Source: Neocallimastix sp. 'constans'
Lineage: Eukaryota
Assembly (NCBI GenBank): GCA_050613775.1
Contig: JBODTK010000015.1
Coordinates: 930,001 to 994,000, forward strand
Length of the DNA: 64,000 bases
Direction: 5' to 3'
Made by a program: the position numbers and the translations under genes. Positions 43,661 to 63,975 of the stretch are shown here, one piece after another. Every line of letters begins with the position of its first letter. Within the stretch, counting starts at the first letter, position 1. The notes beneath the pieces were generated by a model, which saw only the letters and a list, made by a program, of their open reading frames with translations, made no database searches and had not been told where the DNA came from.

Positions 43661-44759
43661 TTATGGTCGATTGTCAAAGGCATAAATGGAAGCAATAGAA
43701 ACAACATTCTTCTTAAGTTGTCTCCATGCTCTTGGGGCTCTAAGTAATGCTTTACCGTAAGTTTCAAAAGCATCATACATATGGTAGAATGGAAACTCAA
43801 ATTTTCCTAATATAGGAATATTAGAATATGTACTTTTATTTAATATTATAGGCACATTCTTATGATGACCAATCTTAATTTTATTTATATCTATATTAGA
43901 ATTTTGAAGTATTGGTATTTTGCATGGTATTTCATTTTTATCTTTGGTTTTGTTGATGGTATTATCAATATTAGGAATAGGTATTACAGTTGTTGTCGTT
44001 GTAGTAGTTGTTTTTGTTGTTGTTGTGGTAGTGGTTGTAGTTGTTGTTGTCGTTGTCGTTGGACCCATAGGAGTAACCGTAGAAGTGGTAGAATAAACTA
44101 TTTTTTCTTTTGGTTTACTGTAGGAATAGGCTTCCCTTCCATTTTCTTGCTCTTTTGGTTTAATTCTTGATACTCCCTTATCCTTATCTACTGATTTTAT
44201 TTTTGGTTTTAATTTGGGATCGGCCTTATTATCTTTAAGTTTTGGCTTCAATTTATATTCGGTCGTATTTTCTTGCGGTTTTGGTTTTAATTTAGTGTCT
44301 ATTTTATTTTCTTTTATATTTGGCTTTGATTTAGAATCGATTTTATTCTCTTGAGTATTTGGCCTTGATTTAGAATCGATTTTATTCTCTTGAGTATTTG
44401 GCTTTGATTTAGAATCGATTTTTTTTTCTGGTGAAGATTTAGATTTTAGCTTTTTTTCAGGTGTTTTTTCTTTTTCTTTTTCTATTGCCTTTTCTTTTTC
44501 CTTTTCTCTTTCCTTTTCTTTCTCTGGATCATTATCATTTACTTTACCTAGAATTTTTTCTTTTTCTTTTTCTTTTTCTTTTTCTGGAACTGTTACTTTT
44601 TCTGGAACTGTTACTTTTTCTGGAACTTTTTCTTTTTCTTCAATTTCTTCTTTTTTTTCTTCCTCTTCCAGTTCTTTTGGGTTTGGTTCTAATTTTATTT
44701 CTCTTTTATTATCTTGAGGTTTTGGACTAAGTTTCGTTTTCATTTTATTATTTTGAGGC

Positions 44760-44807
<48 letters not shown>

Positions 44808-47800
44808 ATTTTTATGATTATTATTATATATTATATAAATATATATTAAAATAATTAATTTGTGTTTTTTTTTGTTTGTTTAAATTTACTAGTTTATATA
44901 TAAATATTTTTTAAATTGAATAATAAAAAGAAAGCTATTATAATTTTTTATATATAATTTATTACCTCTTTATCATGATTATTTTCTGATGAACTTTCCT
45001 TTGGTATTTTTTTATCTTCCGGTTTCTTTGATTTTGGATTGGATATTAAATTTTCCTCTACACTAGAATCTTGTGGTTTTACCTTTGTTAGTTTAGATGG
45101 GGAAGATGACCTCTCATGTTTAGATTTAATTGGGGATGATGATTTTTCATTTTTAATTTTAGATGGGGAAGGTGATCTCTCATGTTTCAGTTTAGATGGG
45201 GATAATGATCTTTCATTTTTAGTTTTAGATGGGGAAGGTGATCTCTCATGTTTCAGTTTAGATGGGGATAATGATCTTTCATTTTTAGTTTTAGATGGGG
45301 AAGGTGATCTTTCATTTTTAGTTTTAGATGGGGAAGGTGATCTCTCATGTTTCAGTTTAGATGGGGATAATGATCTTTCATTTTTAGTTTTAGATGGGGA
45401 AGGTGATCTTTCATTTTTAGTTTTAGATGGGGATAATGATCTTTCATTTTTAGTTTTAGATGGGGAAGGTGATCTTTCATTTTTAGTTTTAGATGGGGAA
45501 GGTGATCTCTCATGTTTCAGTTTAGATGGGGATAATGATCTTTCATTCTTAGTTTTAGATGGGGATAATGATCTCTCATTTTTAGCTTTAGATGGGGAAG
45601 GTGATCTTTCATTTTTAATTTTAGATGGGGATAATGATCTCTCATTTTTCGTTTTGGATGGGGAAGTTGATCTTTCATTTTTAATTTTAGATGGGGATAA
45701 TGATCTCTCATGTTTAGTTTTAGATGGGGATAATGATCTTACATTTTTAGTTTTAGATGGGGAAGACGGTCTCTCATTTTTAGCTTTAGATGGTGCATCA
45801 TTTTTAGTTTTAGATGGGGAAGATGGTTTATCATTTTCGGTTTTTGATGGAGATAATGACTTTTCATCTTTTGTTTTATTTTTATTCGTTGAAACTGAAG
45901 TTGGAACTGGTTTTGTTGAAGTAGATGAAAATGGTTTTTTTCCTAATGTAGATTGTTTTTCTTTTGGAGTGGATTTGGATTTTATTGAATTTTCTTTTGG
46001 TATTATTTCATTTGGTACTTCTCTAGGTATTTCTTTTTTTTTTATTGTTTCCTTTGGTATTTCTTTAGATATTTCTTCTTCTTCTTTTTTTATTGTTTCC
46101 TTTGGAATTTCTTTAGGTATTTCTTCCTCTTTTATTGGTTCATTTGGTATTTCTTTAGGTATTTCTTCTTCTTTTTTTATTGGTTCATTTGGAATTTCTT
46201 TAGGTATTTCTTTTTCTTTTTTTATTGGTTCATTTGGTATTTCTTTAGGTATTTTTTCTTCTTTTTTTATTGGTTCATTTGGTATTTCTTTAGGTATTTC
46301 TTCTTCTTCTTTTTTTATGGTTTCCTTTGGAATTTCTTTAGGTATTTCTTCTTCTTCTTTTTTTACTGTTTCCTTTGGAATTTCTTTAGGTATTTCTTCA
46401 TTTGATATATCTTTAGGTATTTCATCTTTTGATATTGTTTCATTTGATATTGGGTTTTGAGGTTCGTTTGTTGAATATTTTTGTTTTTCAGGTTCTTTTT
46501 TTGTTTCATTTTTAGGAATAGGTGTTAGAAATTTTTTTTGATTTGATGGATTTTCAGTTTCTGTCTTAGTAGGAGTATCTTTTTTAGAATTCTTTTTAGG
46601 ATTATTGTAGTGTAAAGAGGATACTCTTTTAGGTAAAGTAATAGTTTTTTTGAATATAACAGGAGTATGTTTTTTAGCTAATAAAGAAGAAACCGAAAGG
46701 AAATCCATATTATTATTTAATGGAATCCAAGCAATATATTGCTTTAAATTATTATTAGTAAAACATTTAAAAGCATCATATAAATGATTAAGACAGTTTA
46801 GGTATCTTTCATCTTCTTTTTTTTCTTCTTTTTTATTTTCATTTTTATTTTCATTTTTATTTTCATTTTTATTTTCATTTATTTTTTCATTTTCATTTTC
46901 ATTTATTTTTTCATTTTTATTTTCATTTATTTTTTCATTTTTATTTTCATTTTTAATTTCATTTTTATTTTCATTGTTATTTTCGATTTTATTTTTTTCT
47001 TCCTCCTTATTGTCATGAAGGTCTGATAGTGATGGTGTAATTAAATATTCATTAATAATATCTTCAATTTTTGCATAATCAATGCTTTTTAAACTTTCTA
47101 ATGATTCCTGACTTAATCTTCCTTCTTCACAAAATGAAAGGGTTCGAATGACTTCCACTTTAACATCATGATCAATATTTTCTTGAATAGGTTCGTCTTC
47201 TTCAAGGTTATCTTCACTTAATTTAATAGTATTAAAATCATTTGGAGTTCTATAGGTTTCCAATGGAAGAAGAGGTGGTAATGAAATTGCTTCATTATTA
47301 CGATGATTATTATTTAATTTATTTTTTCGATTTTGTAATTGAATTTTTCTCTGTTGCTTTCTGTTTTGTCTTTCTTTCATTTCTTTCTTCTTCCGTTGAT
47401 TACTCTCATTAATAACTTTACGATCAAGAAGTGGTCTATTTTTCATTGAAATTATAGAAGCAAAAGAAAGTGTTGTATGCCCAATAGTTTTATAGGCACG
47501 GATTGATGAATTTTCGTTTGTAAATTCATAACCAAATCCATTATATATATTATCCATTTCCTCTAATAAATTGTTCTCATCCTCATTACTAATACTAATA
47601 TTTGAATTGGTAGCACTAGTATTAGTATTACTGTTTGCAATGACTTTATTAGTACTGGTGAGTTTATTATTATTTAATTGATTTCTATTTGGTGTACCGG
47701 ATAATTTATTGGAAATATCAGAAGTATAAAGTAATTTTTTAGGACTTTTTAATAGTTTTTCTATTGGTTTTATTGGCTTTTCGACTGGGAAAATGTATGA

Positions 47801-47977
47801 TTTTTGAAGTAATGATTTATGAGGAGAGGGACTCCTCGATGGAAATAAACTATTCTCATCATCATCATTATTATTATTGTTTCTATTATTTGTCCTTTTC
47901 ACGTCTTTCGTTTGATTAATATCATTATTTAATTGATTCTGAATATTATTTAGTAATGTCCCTTCTAAATATTTCAT
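43661..47977 (-). CDS. Large low-complexity Lys/Glu/Pro/Ser-rich protein of unknown function (2 exons; intron ~44759-44965)
   Basis: ORFs 44948..47977 and 43661..44743 join in frame via GAG|gtaatt…ataaag|CCT CAA; contains KEIPKE, RSPSPSKTKNE and ENKIDSKSKPN repeats plus short globular-looking segments. Confidence 0.8.
45085..45870 (-). repeat. 36-bp coding minisatellite (~20 x ERS[P/L]SPSK[T/L/I]K[N/H])
   Basis: Tandem ttttagatggggaaggtgatc / gggataatgatc units. Confidence 0.95.
46000..46440 (-). repeat. Coding tandem repeat (EEIPKEIP[N/K]E[P/T]IKK)
   Basis: About 10 units of ~42-48 bp visible in DNA and translation. Confidence 0.9.
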
Positions 47978-48361
47978 TATATTATTTTAATGTAGTGAAT
48001 ACTATATTTATTTTGCTTTTATTATTAATTCTATTCTATTTATTTGTTTTTTCTCTATTTTATTAATTTATATAAATAATATTTTCACTATTAATTCTAT
48101 TCTCTTCTGTTTATTTATTTTTTCTCTTATTTTATTAATTTATAAAATAAATTTTCACTATTTAATAAAAAGTTTTTATTTAGAAAAAAAAAAAAAAAAT
48201 AGAAAAAAAATTAATACTAAAAAAAAATATAAAATTAAAAAAAGATACAAATAAAATTTAAAAATAATATATTTAATTAATTTTAGTAATTTTAAATAAT
48301 AATAATTTATTTCATGTAAAAAAATTACTTGAAATAATAAACTTTAATTATAACATATGTT

Positions 48362-48399
<38 letters not shown>

Positions 48400-48907
48400 A
48401 TATATATATATATATTATGTTATGTTATTCTATTAATAATTTTTTTTCCAGTACTTTTTTTTATTCTTTTAAAAAACAATAAAAATAAATCAAAATTTTA
48501 TTGCTTTATAATATAATACATTAAATAATTATTAATATCATTATTTTTTCAATAATTTTTAAAAAATCATAGATAAAATTCTTTTATCTATTTTTACAAT
48601 TAAAACAATCATTTTTATACAATTATAAAAAATACAAAGAATTTAAAAATATATAAGAAATCAGAGGATCTATATTTCATCTTTTTAATATATTCAAGTG
48701 TTTAGATTTATGTAAAAAGATTTAATAATAATAGAAATAATATTAATAATTTGTATCATATGCCAAAAAAAAAATAAAAAAAAAAAAAACTATTATTTAT
48801 TATTCATATTAAAAAAAAATAATCTTATAAATAAAATTAAGAAATAGAAAGAATATAATTTTTTTAAAAAATATATTCTTTATTATTATTATTAATATTA
48901 ATATTAA

Positions 48908-48909
<2 letters not shown>

Positions 48910-48964
<55 letters not shown>

Positions 48965-48966
48965 AA

Positions 48967-48997
<31 letters not shown>

Positions 48998-48998
48998 A

Positions 48999-49045
<47 letters not shown>

Positions 49046-49046
49046 A

Positions 49047-49127
<81 letters not shown>
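48910..49127 (+). repeat. (TAT)n microsatellite with periodic ACTATAA interruptions
   Basis: Read directly. Confidence 0.95.
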
Positions 49128-49129
<2 letters not shown>

Positions 49130-49711
49130 ATTCTTTTTTTTAAATTATTAATTTTTTGAATGTTAATTAAAACTTCACCTACAAAAATTTTACCCTTTAT
49201 ATAATTTAATAATAATTTAATAATATATTTAATTTTATTATATTTTATCATTTTTAAAATTTTTAAAGTTTTAAAACATAATATATTATATTAGCAAGAA
49301 GAAAATTTTATACATACAAATGATAATTATAAAAAAAAAAAAAAAATTTAAAATCTTATAAAATTATAATGCTTAAATTTTCTTTATTATTATTAATATT
49401 TCATTTTTTTTTTTTTTTTTTTTTTTTTTGATTTTCCATTTTTTTTTTTTTTTTTATATTTATTTTTATCTTTATCTTAAAAGTTTATAATTATAATTTT
49501 TTTAAATAAATAGTTTAAATAATTTCGAATATTAAATAAACTTTTTTTTTTAACTAATATTATGTTATTATGGATATAAATATATAATAAATATAAAAGA
49601 ATCAAAGTTTAAACTAATTAAAATAATATATTCTAAAAAATTGGGAGAGAATTTGGTAAACATAATAAATGACTTTTTTTTTTTTTTTTTTTTTTTTTTT
49701 ATTAATGTAAC

Positions 49712-49748
<37 letters not shown>

Positions 49749-49823
49749 ATTTTATAGAAATTTATTTTAAATTTTTTTTATTTCTTTTTCTTTTCCATTT
49801 ACTTAAAATCATATCTATTTTAT

Positions 49824-49866
<43 letters not shown>

Positions 49867-50226
49867 TTTTTTTTTTTTTTTTTTTATTTTATATATATAT
49901 ATCATTAAGTTTCTAAAATGTAAATGTAATCATTAAAAAAGTTGAAATATATAGATTAATTAAGAATTATTTAAATTCTGTTTTATATAATAATAATACT
50001 TAATAATATAAATAATAACATATTAAAGTCTTTAAATATTATTTTTAAATTAATAATAGATTTAAGATGTTCCATTTATTTATTTATTTCCTTTTTACAA
50101 ATATATATAATATATATTTATATATATTAATTCAAGTAATGTATTATAAATCAGTGTACTTTTTTGTTTTTTCATTTTTTTTCTAAAAAAAAAAAAATTT
50201 TGTTATATTATTTTAGATCATATCAT

Positions 50227-51798
50227 CTAAAAATAATTAGCAATATCTACAGAATCCATATCACCTCGTTCAAGAATTAATGATTCTCCATCCTGTATCA
50301 CTTTTGAATTAATAAGATCTAATAAATTATCACTCATTGGTAATCTATTGCCATTATTTGTTGTACCATAAAGATTAAGTTTCTTAACAAAAATAATAAT
50401 AATAATAATAATAATATATATATATATATATATATTAATATCAATAATAATAAATTAATATTATAATTATTAATGAATATATTTATATATAAATATTATA
50501 AAAAATAAGTAATACGCTAATTTAATAATTATTCCTTACTTCTTCTCTCACATTTGAATTATTTTTATTTACGATTTTCCCTATATCAGCTGCTTTATCA
50601 AGAATTCTACCTATACTCCAGCTCTTTATTTATTTATTTTTTTTTATTTTATTTTTTTTTTTTTTTTTTTTTTTTTATTTGTTTGTGTGTGTGTGTGTGC
50701 ATATTTGAATTATTAATAATATACAATACATATATTAAAGAAAAATATTTTGTTTTAAAAATTCCATTTATAATATTTATATAATTACTATTATTAATAT
50801 CTTAAAAAAAAGTTTTTAACAATAGTAATAAAAAATAATAATAAAAAAAAATATATATATATTAAAAATTTAATATTAATATTAAATTGAATGGTAGTGG
50901 TTTACTTCATTGAAATAAAGTGGTAAATTTTCAGATTCATTTTTAGAATTTAATGGATAATAAATTCTGAAATATTTTCTACATTTCATTGGTATACCAG
51001 CATCTCCCTAAGAATTAAATAAATTTTAAATTGAATTCAAATTGATGAATATATATGTAATAGAGTATTTAAATAAATAAATAATTAATATAAATAATAA
51101 TTGTTATTATGGATTACAATAATTCTTTTTAAGTATTAATATATATATATATTTAATTTGAAATAAAATAAACAATAAATTTATATAAAATAAATTTTTG
51201 AAATATAAATATAAAGTACAAATTGAATAGAATAAAACAAAATAAAATAAAGAGTTGAAATATAAAATTAAAGTAACATATTAAATAAAATAAAATATAT
51301 AGTTATAATTTAAATATAAAGTACAGATTAAATAAAATAAAATATATAGTTGAAATTTAAATATAAAGCACAGATTGAATAAAATAAAATATAAAGTTGA
51401 AATTTAAATATGAAGTACAGATTGAATAAAATAAAATATAATAAAACAAAATAAACACAATATATATATATATATAATATTCTTTTTTATACTTTTGCTT
51501 TAGCTTTCATTTTAATTAATTCAATCTTTGGATTTAATTTTTTTCCTTTTTTTTTAATTGCTGGGGTAGTGGTCTTATGAGTTGAAGCCGTTGAATTTTT
51601 AAAATTATTTTGTATTAAATTTTTAATTTCTTGTTTTTTTAAATCAGCTTCAATTTTTTCTTTTTCAACCTGAGTACATTTATGATCTATTGGATGTCTA
51701 TGTCTTATTTTATATTTATTTTTATTATTATAATTGGTATTAACATTAACATTAATATTAATATTTAATATTAGTATTATTAATATTGGGTATACAAT

Positions 51799-51864
<66 letters not shown>

Positions 51865-52932
51865 GTAATAATAATAATTCAATATTAAATTTTCTTTTCT
51901 TGAATTTAAAGGTTTAATTACTTTAAACAATAGTTTTTATGACATTTTCTACAGAAGGTTGCAAGTAATTCTTCTACTCCACAATTTTCAAAATCACATT
52001 TAATTTTTGTATTTACTGGCTGTGCTACATAGAGTTGACATTTTGATTCTAAATGTTTTTTATACTTTAATAATAATAATATATTAAAATTTTAAATTTC
52101 TGATTAAAAGTAAAAATTTGAAAATTTCATTTTCTTCTTTAAATTATAATTTTCTCTAATATGGATTTTTACAATTTCTAATTGATGCTCTTCGTCAACT
52201 TTTAGGATATTTTGACATATATTACAAACTATTAAAAATGGATTATACATGAAATTTGATTAGTAATTTTAATAATACATAATATTATATATATATATAT
52301 AATTTTAAAATTTGGACATTTCGAATTAATTTAAATTTAATTATAAATATTTAGATAAAGATAAGACATACCAGGGAGATATTTCTGAAATATATAAAGT
52401 TTTTTTTTTTTTTTATTTTTTTTTTCATTCCAAATATATAAAATATGATATTTTATATTGAATGAAATTCAAAAATAATTATTATTGACAAACTAATATA
52501 AAAAAAAGTTTTATAAAATATTTAAAATATTAAAATTTTATGTATATATTTACATCTATGCTACTCCATTTTGTACAATTATGAGAAGTTGGTAAACGGT
52601 GGTCTAAGCTATTATATGATAATTGGTTAAAATTGATTCTTGAATCATTTATTATTATTATTATTTTTTATATTCATTATTACCAGTAAACAAAATGACA
52701 GGCACTACATTGAAATGGAAGGAAGTCTTTTTTTTTTTTAAAAAAAAAAATAATTCAAACATAATTTAAATATTACATTAAATATTAATTCATAGAAATG
52801 ATAAATAAAAAAGAAAATAAAGAAAGATAGAAAGATAAAAAAAAAGTCTATAATATCTAAATAACTACCTAATTTGTTGCAATTCTCAACTGCACAATGA
52901 ACACCAATAGACATTAAAGAATCTTTATCCAT
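50227..52932 (-). CDS. AN1-type zinc-finger protein (AN1, C2HC, AN1, ubiquitin-like), ZFAND1/Cuz1-like, ~10 exons
   Basis: Spliced product IGVHCAVENCNKLDFLPFQCSACHFVYCLDHRLPTSHNC…KYLPVCNIC…KKHLESKC…KCDFENC…FCRKCHKNYCLKHRHPIDHKC…KMKAKAKGDAGIP…YFRIYYP…WSIGRILDKAA…DGESLILE; the C-terminus matches the recalled ZFAND1 UBL pattern. Confidence 0.88.
51198..51440 (+). repeat. ~47-bp intronic minisatellite, ~5 copies
   Basis: agttgaaatttaaatataaagtacagattgaataaaataaaatatat at 51253, 51301, 51348 and 51395, plus a diverged copy from ~51198. Confidence 0.9.
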
Positions 52933-53368
52933 TTTAAAATTTTCTTATTTATTATTTTTCCTTATTTATTGTTATTAATAATATTAATGAGAATATATAT
53001 TATATTAAACTATTATATAAAAGTATAAAAGTATAATATTAAAATTAACATATTAAAAAAAAAAAATAAAAATAAAAAATAGTTTAATTCTTTTTCTTTT
53101 TCTTTTTTATATTTTAAAGTTTATTTTAAATATGCTTATATCCGTTGTATAAAAATTATTTTTAATGAATGAATAAATAAATAATTTATAATTTAAATAT
53201 AATAATTTTTAAAGTAAATGAATATTTAAATAATTAATTAATTAAAAAATTTAATAAACACAAATTAATAAACTATATATAATAAAATAAAATATAATAA
53301 TTAAAATTCAATTATCATTTTATTTTATCTATTAAAGTAAATTATTGATTTACTATATTGAATGTCTA

Positions 53369-53401
<33 letters not shown>

Positions 53402-53747
53402 ATTATCAGTGTTAATAATAATATTATAAAAAAATTTTTAATCTTGTTAATAATAATAAATTATTAATTACAATGACATATACAGATGCCAATGATAAAT
53501 AATGCTCTTAATAATTTTAATAATTAAATGTTATGATAATTTACTATACATAATCAATAATGCTTATATCATTATTTAGTTTATAAAGATAGAAATTGAA
53601 TTTAATGATATATATTAAAAATAAAAAGTTAAGATAATCATTTATTTTTGAATGGTATTTATAATTTTTAAAACAATTATAAATATATATATATAATAAA
53701 AAATAGTAATAATAAAAAAAAAAAAAATATCTAATAATCGTATTAAA

Positions 53748-59616
<5,869 letters not shown>

Positions 59617-61050
59617 TTTATATATATATATATTTATATTTATTTTATTTATTTTTTAAATTCAAAAAAATTTTTATTTGAATTAATACTAATACTATAA
59701 TAGGTTAAGTTGATATAATTTAAAAATTATTTTCAGATAGAAAACTAATAACATTTATAATAAAAAAAAAAAAAAGAACAATTAGACTTTCAAATCATTT
59801 TTTAAAATTAAATTTTGAAATTTAAAAAAAAAAAAAAAAGTAATAGTGTTGCATAGATAAAATAAAACAATAAAAATAATATTAGTATTATTAATTGATA
59901 ATATCAAAAAATTTTGTAAATTTATTACTAAGAAATTTATTCAATTCAATTAAAATAATTATAAATATGAATATTTAATGTTAATAATAATAATATGAAT
60001 ATGAATATTAATAATAATGAATAAACATAATATTATAATTTAATAATTTTTTATATAAATAACAATAATAACAGTTATATTATTTTTAGAAAAATATATA
60101 TATTAAGTGATTTCGGTGTATTTTTATTTATTATATAATAAAAAAAAAATAGTTTTCTTATTGTAGTATATATATATATAAGAAATAAAAACATTATACC
60201 TATATTTTATTAATTTTTGAAGGTTATTAAAGATAGTTGGATATAATAAAGAGTTTAAGTTAAAGTTTAATAAAATAATTATTTATATTAATCTTTTTAA
60301 TATTCATGTAAAATATTTTGTAAAGGTAAACCTCTTTTTTTTTTTTCTTTAAAAAAAAAAAAAAAGGTGAAGTATATATTATGTTTTATTTTATTTGAAA
60401 TATTGTGATATTAATATTTGAATTATATCCATTAGAATCAATTTTATATGTATTAATTAATATTATTAGTTTACATTATTTATTCTTTTTATAATAATAC
60501 ATTTGAAAATAAAAACGTATATATAATTGATAATTTAATACATGAATATCATATATAATTGATAATTCCTCCAATGGAATATCCACTCCATTAAAAAAAA
60601 AAAAAAAAAAAAAAAAAGAATATAAAAAAAAATGTGCCTTTTTTTTTTTTTTTTTTTTTGGCAATAACTTAACAATTATTACTTAAAATAATAATATGTA
60701 TATCAGCTTTTTCATATTACATAAAATTGATTTAAATCTGAATCATTTTTAATTATATAATTGTAATTTACTTCTTTATTTTTTTTTTTTTATTTTTTTA
60801 AAAAAAAAAGATTTAAATATTTAAAAAGAAAAGAAAAAAAAAATGTCAAATAGTATTTTTTTAAAAAAAAATGTCAAAAAGTATTTTTTTTTTTTTTCAA
60901 AAAATAAAAAAAATGAAACGAAAAAAAAATTTAATTATAATATATTTTTATTAATAGTAAAAAAAAACCTTCATTATTAATGAAATTTTACTCTTTTTCT
61001 ATTTTTTATTTTATACACTAAATTAATTTTATTTTATATTTAAGTTTATT

Positions 61051-61084
<34 letters not shown>

Positions 61085-61392
61085 TATTTAATTTTTTGTC
61101 AGAAAATGTGATTTTTTTTTTGGTTGGAATGGAATTTTTCATATTGCTATAGAAAGTTAAGAATTAAAGTTTTAAAGTTTTAAAGATCAATTTATTTAAA
61201 ATATAAATTATTATATATATCTGTTAATTTAATTCAATTATTATATTAAGCATTTATAAATAATCATATTTAAAATTTATTATAATAATTTTTATAATTA
61301 AAAATTAAAACTTAAAAAAAAAGAATGATCGATATAATTAATTATAATTTATTTTATTTAATATCAAAAAAAAAAAAATAAAAAAAAAATAA

Positions 61393-61425
<33 letters not shown>

Positions 61426-61560
61426 AAAAATAAAAATAAAAATAAAAATAAAAATAATAAAAAAAAAAACATTCTTTTTAAATTTTATGAATTATTGATT
61501 ATAATTGAAAACCTCAACCCTCAAATTCTTTTTATATAAAGTTTAAAAAAAATTTTTATT

Positions 61561-61613
<53 letters not shown>

Positions 61614-61990
61614 TATTTAATTTTTTGACATATTTTTCATTTAATGAATACTCTATAAAAGTTAAGCTTAGAATAATTATTTTATTAATAAATGAATAAA
61701 CATCAAATAATTTATTAACAAATTATTGTAATTAAATTAAATAAAAGAATATATATAAAATAATAATTAATTTATAAAAATAAAATAGTAAATATCGCCA
61801 AACTACAATATTATAAAATTATCTATTTATTATTAATATCAAAAAGTATAAAAAAAAAAAAAAATTATAAATAATATATGCAATAATTTATGATAATCAT
61901 TCATTAGGAAAAAAATTACTAAAAAAAAAAAATTTTTTTATTATTTATTCATTTACTTTATTAATTAATTTAATTATTACATGTAATAAA

Positions 61991-62049
<59 letters not shown>

Positions 62050-62366
62050 ATATTATTTTTAAATTTGATTATTGTTATTTTTTTTATGTGTTCCAAAAAT
62101 ATATATTTATAAAATTATATTATGACGAGAATTAACTATTTATTTATTTATTTATTAAATTGATTTGAATATAAATTTTAATTATAAATAATATATTATA
62201 TATTATACTATTATAAAATTTTGATTATACTTTATATATAATATATTCAATAATGTTATTTAATGTATTCTATTAATATGTAATTATTTTTTATTTTATT
62301 TTTAACTTTATTTTTTTTATTTTTGTTTTTTTTTTATTTTGTTTTGTTTTGCTTTTTTTTGTTTTG

Positions 62367-62407
<41 letters not shown>

Positions 62408-62459
62408 TAATATTTTATTTTTGGGTTAATTTGATTGCTTGTTTGTTCATTCTGTTGGC

Positions 62460-63622
62460 TTAATCTAAATCTTCTAATATATTATTCAATGTATCATCTG
62501 AATTGGATCGTTGATTTTGTGGATTCTTTTCTTCTGCATCATTTGTTGAGGTTGAGTGAGCATTAGGAGTAGCATCTGATGAGGAAGAAGAAGAATTATG
62601 ATTTTCATTAGATGTACTATTATCGAAAATAAAAATAATAATAATAATAATAATAAATTTTTAATTAATATATTATATATAATATTAAAATATTTTTATT
62701 TATTTATTTATTTTTTTTTAATATTTACATAACTTATTAAATAAGTTTTTTAAAAAATTTTTTTTTCCTTTTTACCTTTCTGAAGAATTTTCAGTAGTAT
62801 TAGCACTGCTGTTTTCATTTTCATTTACATTGGCTTCATGTACATTTACATTGGTTTCACCTTCATTTACATTGGCTTCATCTTCATTTATTTCAACAAT
62901 ATTCACTGAATTTTCTTGTTCTGTAGTTGCGGTATTAGTTTCTGTATGTGGAGTAGCATTGAAAGATTGGAAGAAGGAACTTAAATTACCTAAATTGCCT
63001 AATCCTAAGTTTCCTAATCCCAAACTAGACAAACCACCTAAACCACCTTCACTTAAATTATAAACATTAACATTAACATTTGGACCAAAGTCAAAGGAGG
63101 TCATTGGAATATTGAAACCACCAAAGGAACTACCGAAAGGATTAGCGCCAGTATTAGTGTTAGTATTGGTATTAGTATTGGTATTTGTACTTGTATTCGT
63201 ATTGGTATTCGTATTATCATTACCATTAGTATTAGTTTCATTTGATTCAGCCGGTTGTTCTGATGGAGCTGATTGATCATTTTGATGATTATCGGTTTCA
63301 GGTGTGCTTGTTGAAGTTGGTTGATTTTCAGAAATGCTTTCTCCAACATCATTCTCATTATTAGCTTCAACATGATTAACATTATCAGAATTTTCTTGAT
63401 TTTCATTATTAACATTTTCATTACCAGTATTGACATCTTCATGATGAGCTTCATTTATATTATTTTCAGCATTTTCAATATTTTCAGCATTTTCAGCATT
63501 TTCAGCATTTTCAGCATTTTCAGCATTTTCGGTATTTTCGGTATTTTCAGCATTATTATTATTGTTATTATTGTTACTTCTATTTCTTATTGTATTAGAT
63601 ATGTAATCAAAAATACCTATAA

Positions 63623-63659
<37 letters not shown>

Positions 63660-63747
63660 AAAAATTAAATAACATATAATAAAATTAAATATTTAATAAA
63701 ATATAAATTATTAATTCGTTATTCTATAATAATTATAATAATAATAG

Positions 63748-63786
<39 letters not shown>

Positions 63787-63975
63787 AAAGTTATAAAATA
63801 ATAATTTACTTGGTAATGTATTCAAATTTGGAATTTCTTGGTAATTAGCATTTTGACCACCAAATAAATTTCTAAAAGTAGTAGTATTAACATGTGGTTG
63901 GTTGTTATCGGAATAACGCCAACCACCGGGTTGATCATCTTGAACAGAATTACAATTTGGACACTTCATAAGACC
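62460..63975 (-). CDS. 3' portion (last 3 exons) of a probable RING-H2 E3 ligase with an acidic/Asn-rich disordered C-terminus; 5' end lies beyond the window
   Basis: Exons ~63810-63974, 62776-63617 and 62460-62617 join in frame: GLMKCPNCNSVQDDQPGGWRYSD…(ENA/ENT)n…NILEDLD*. Only the last CxxC pair is visible, so the RING call is tentative. Confidence 0.6.

Noticed and set aside
45039..46460. 473-aa plus-strand ORF with LDGEGDLS repeats
   Set aside because: Antisense mirror of the SPSK/KEIP coding repeats.
60838..61680. Short direct and inverted similarities (aaatgtcaaa; ttttgtatttaattttttg; aaagttaag) suggesting a decayed MITE
   Set aside because: Matches are short and low-complexity; no TSD or defined termini.
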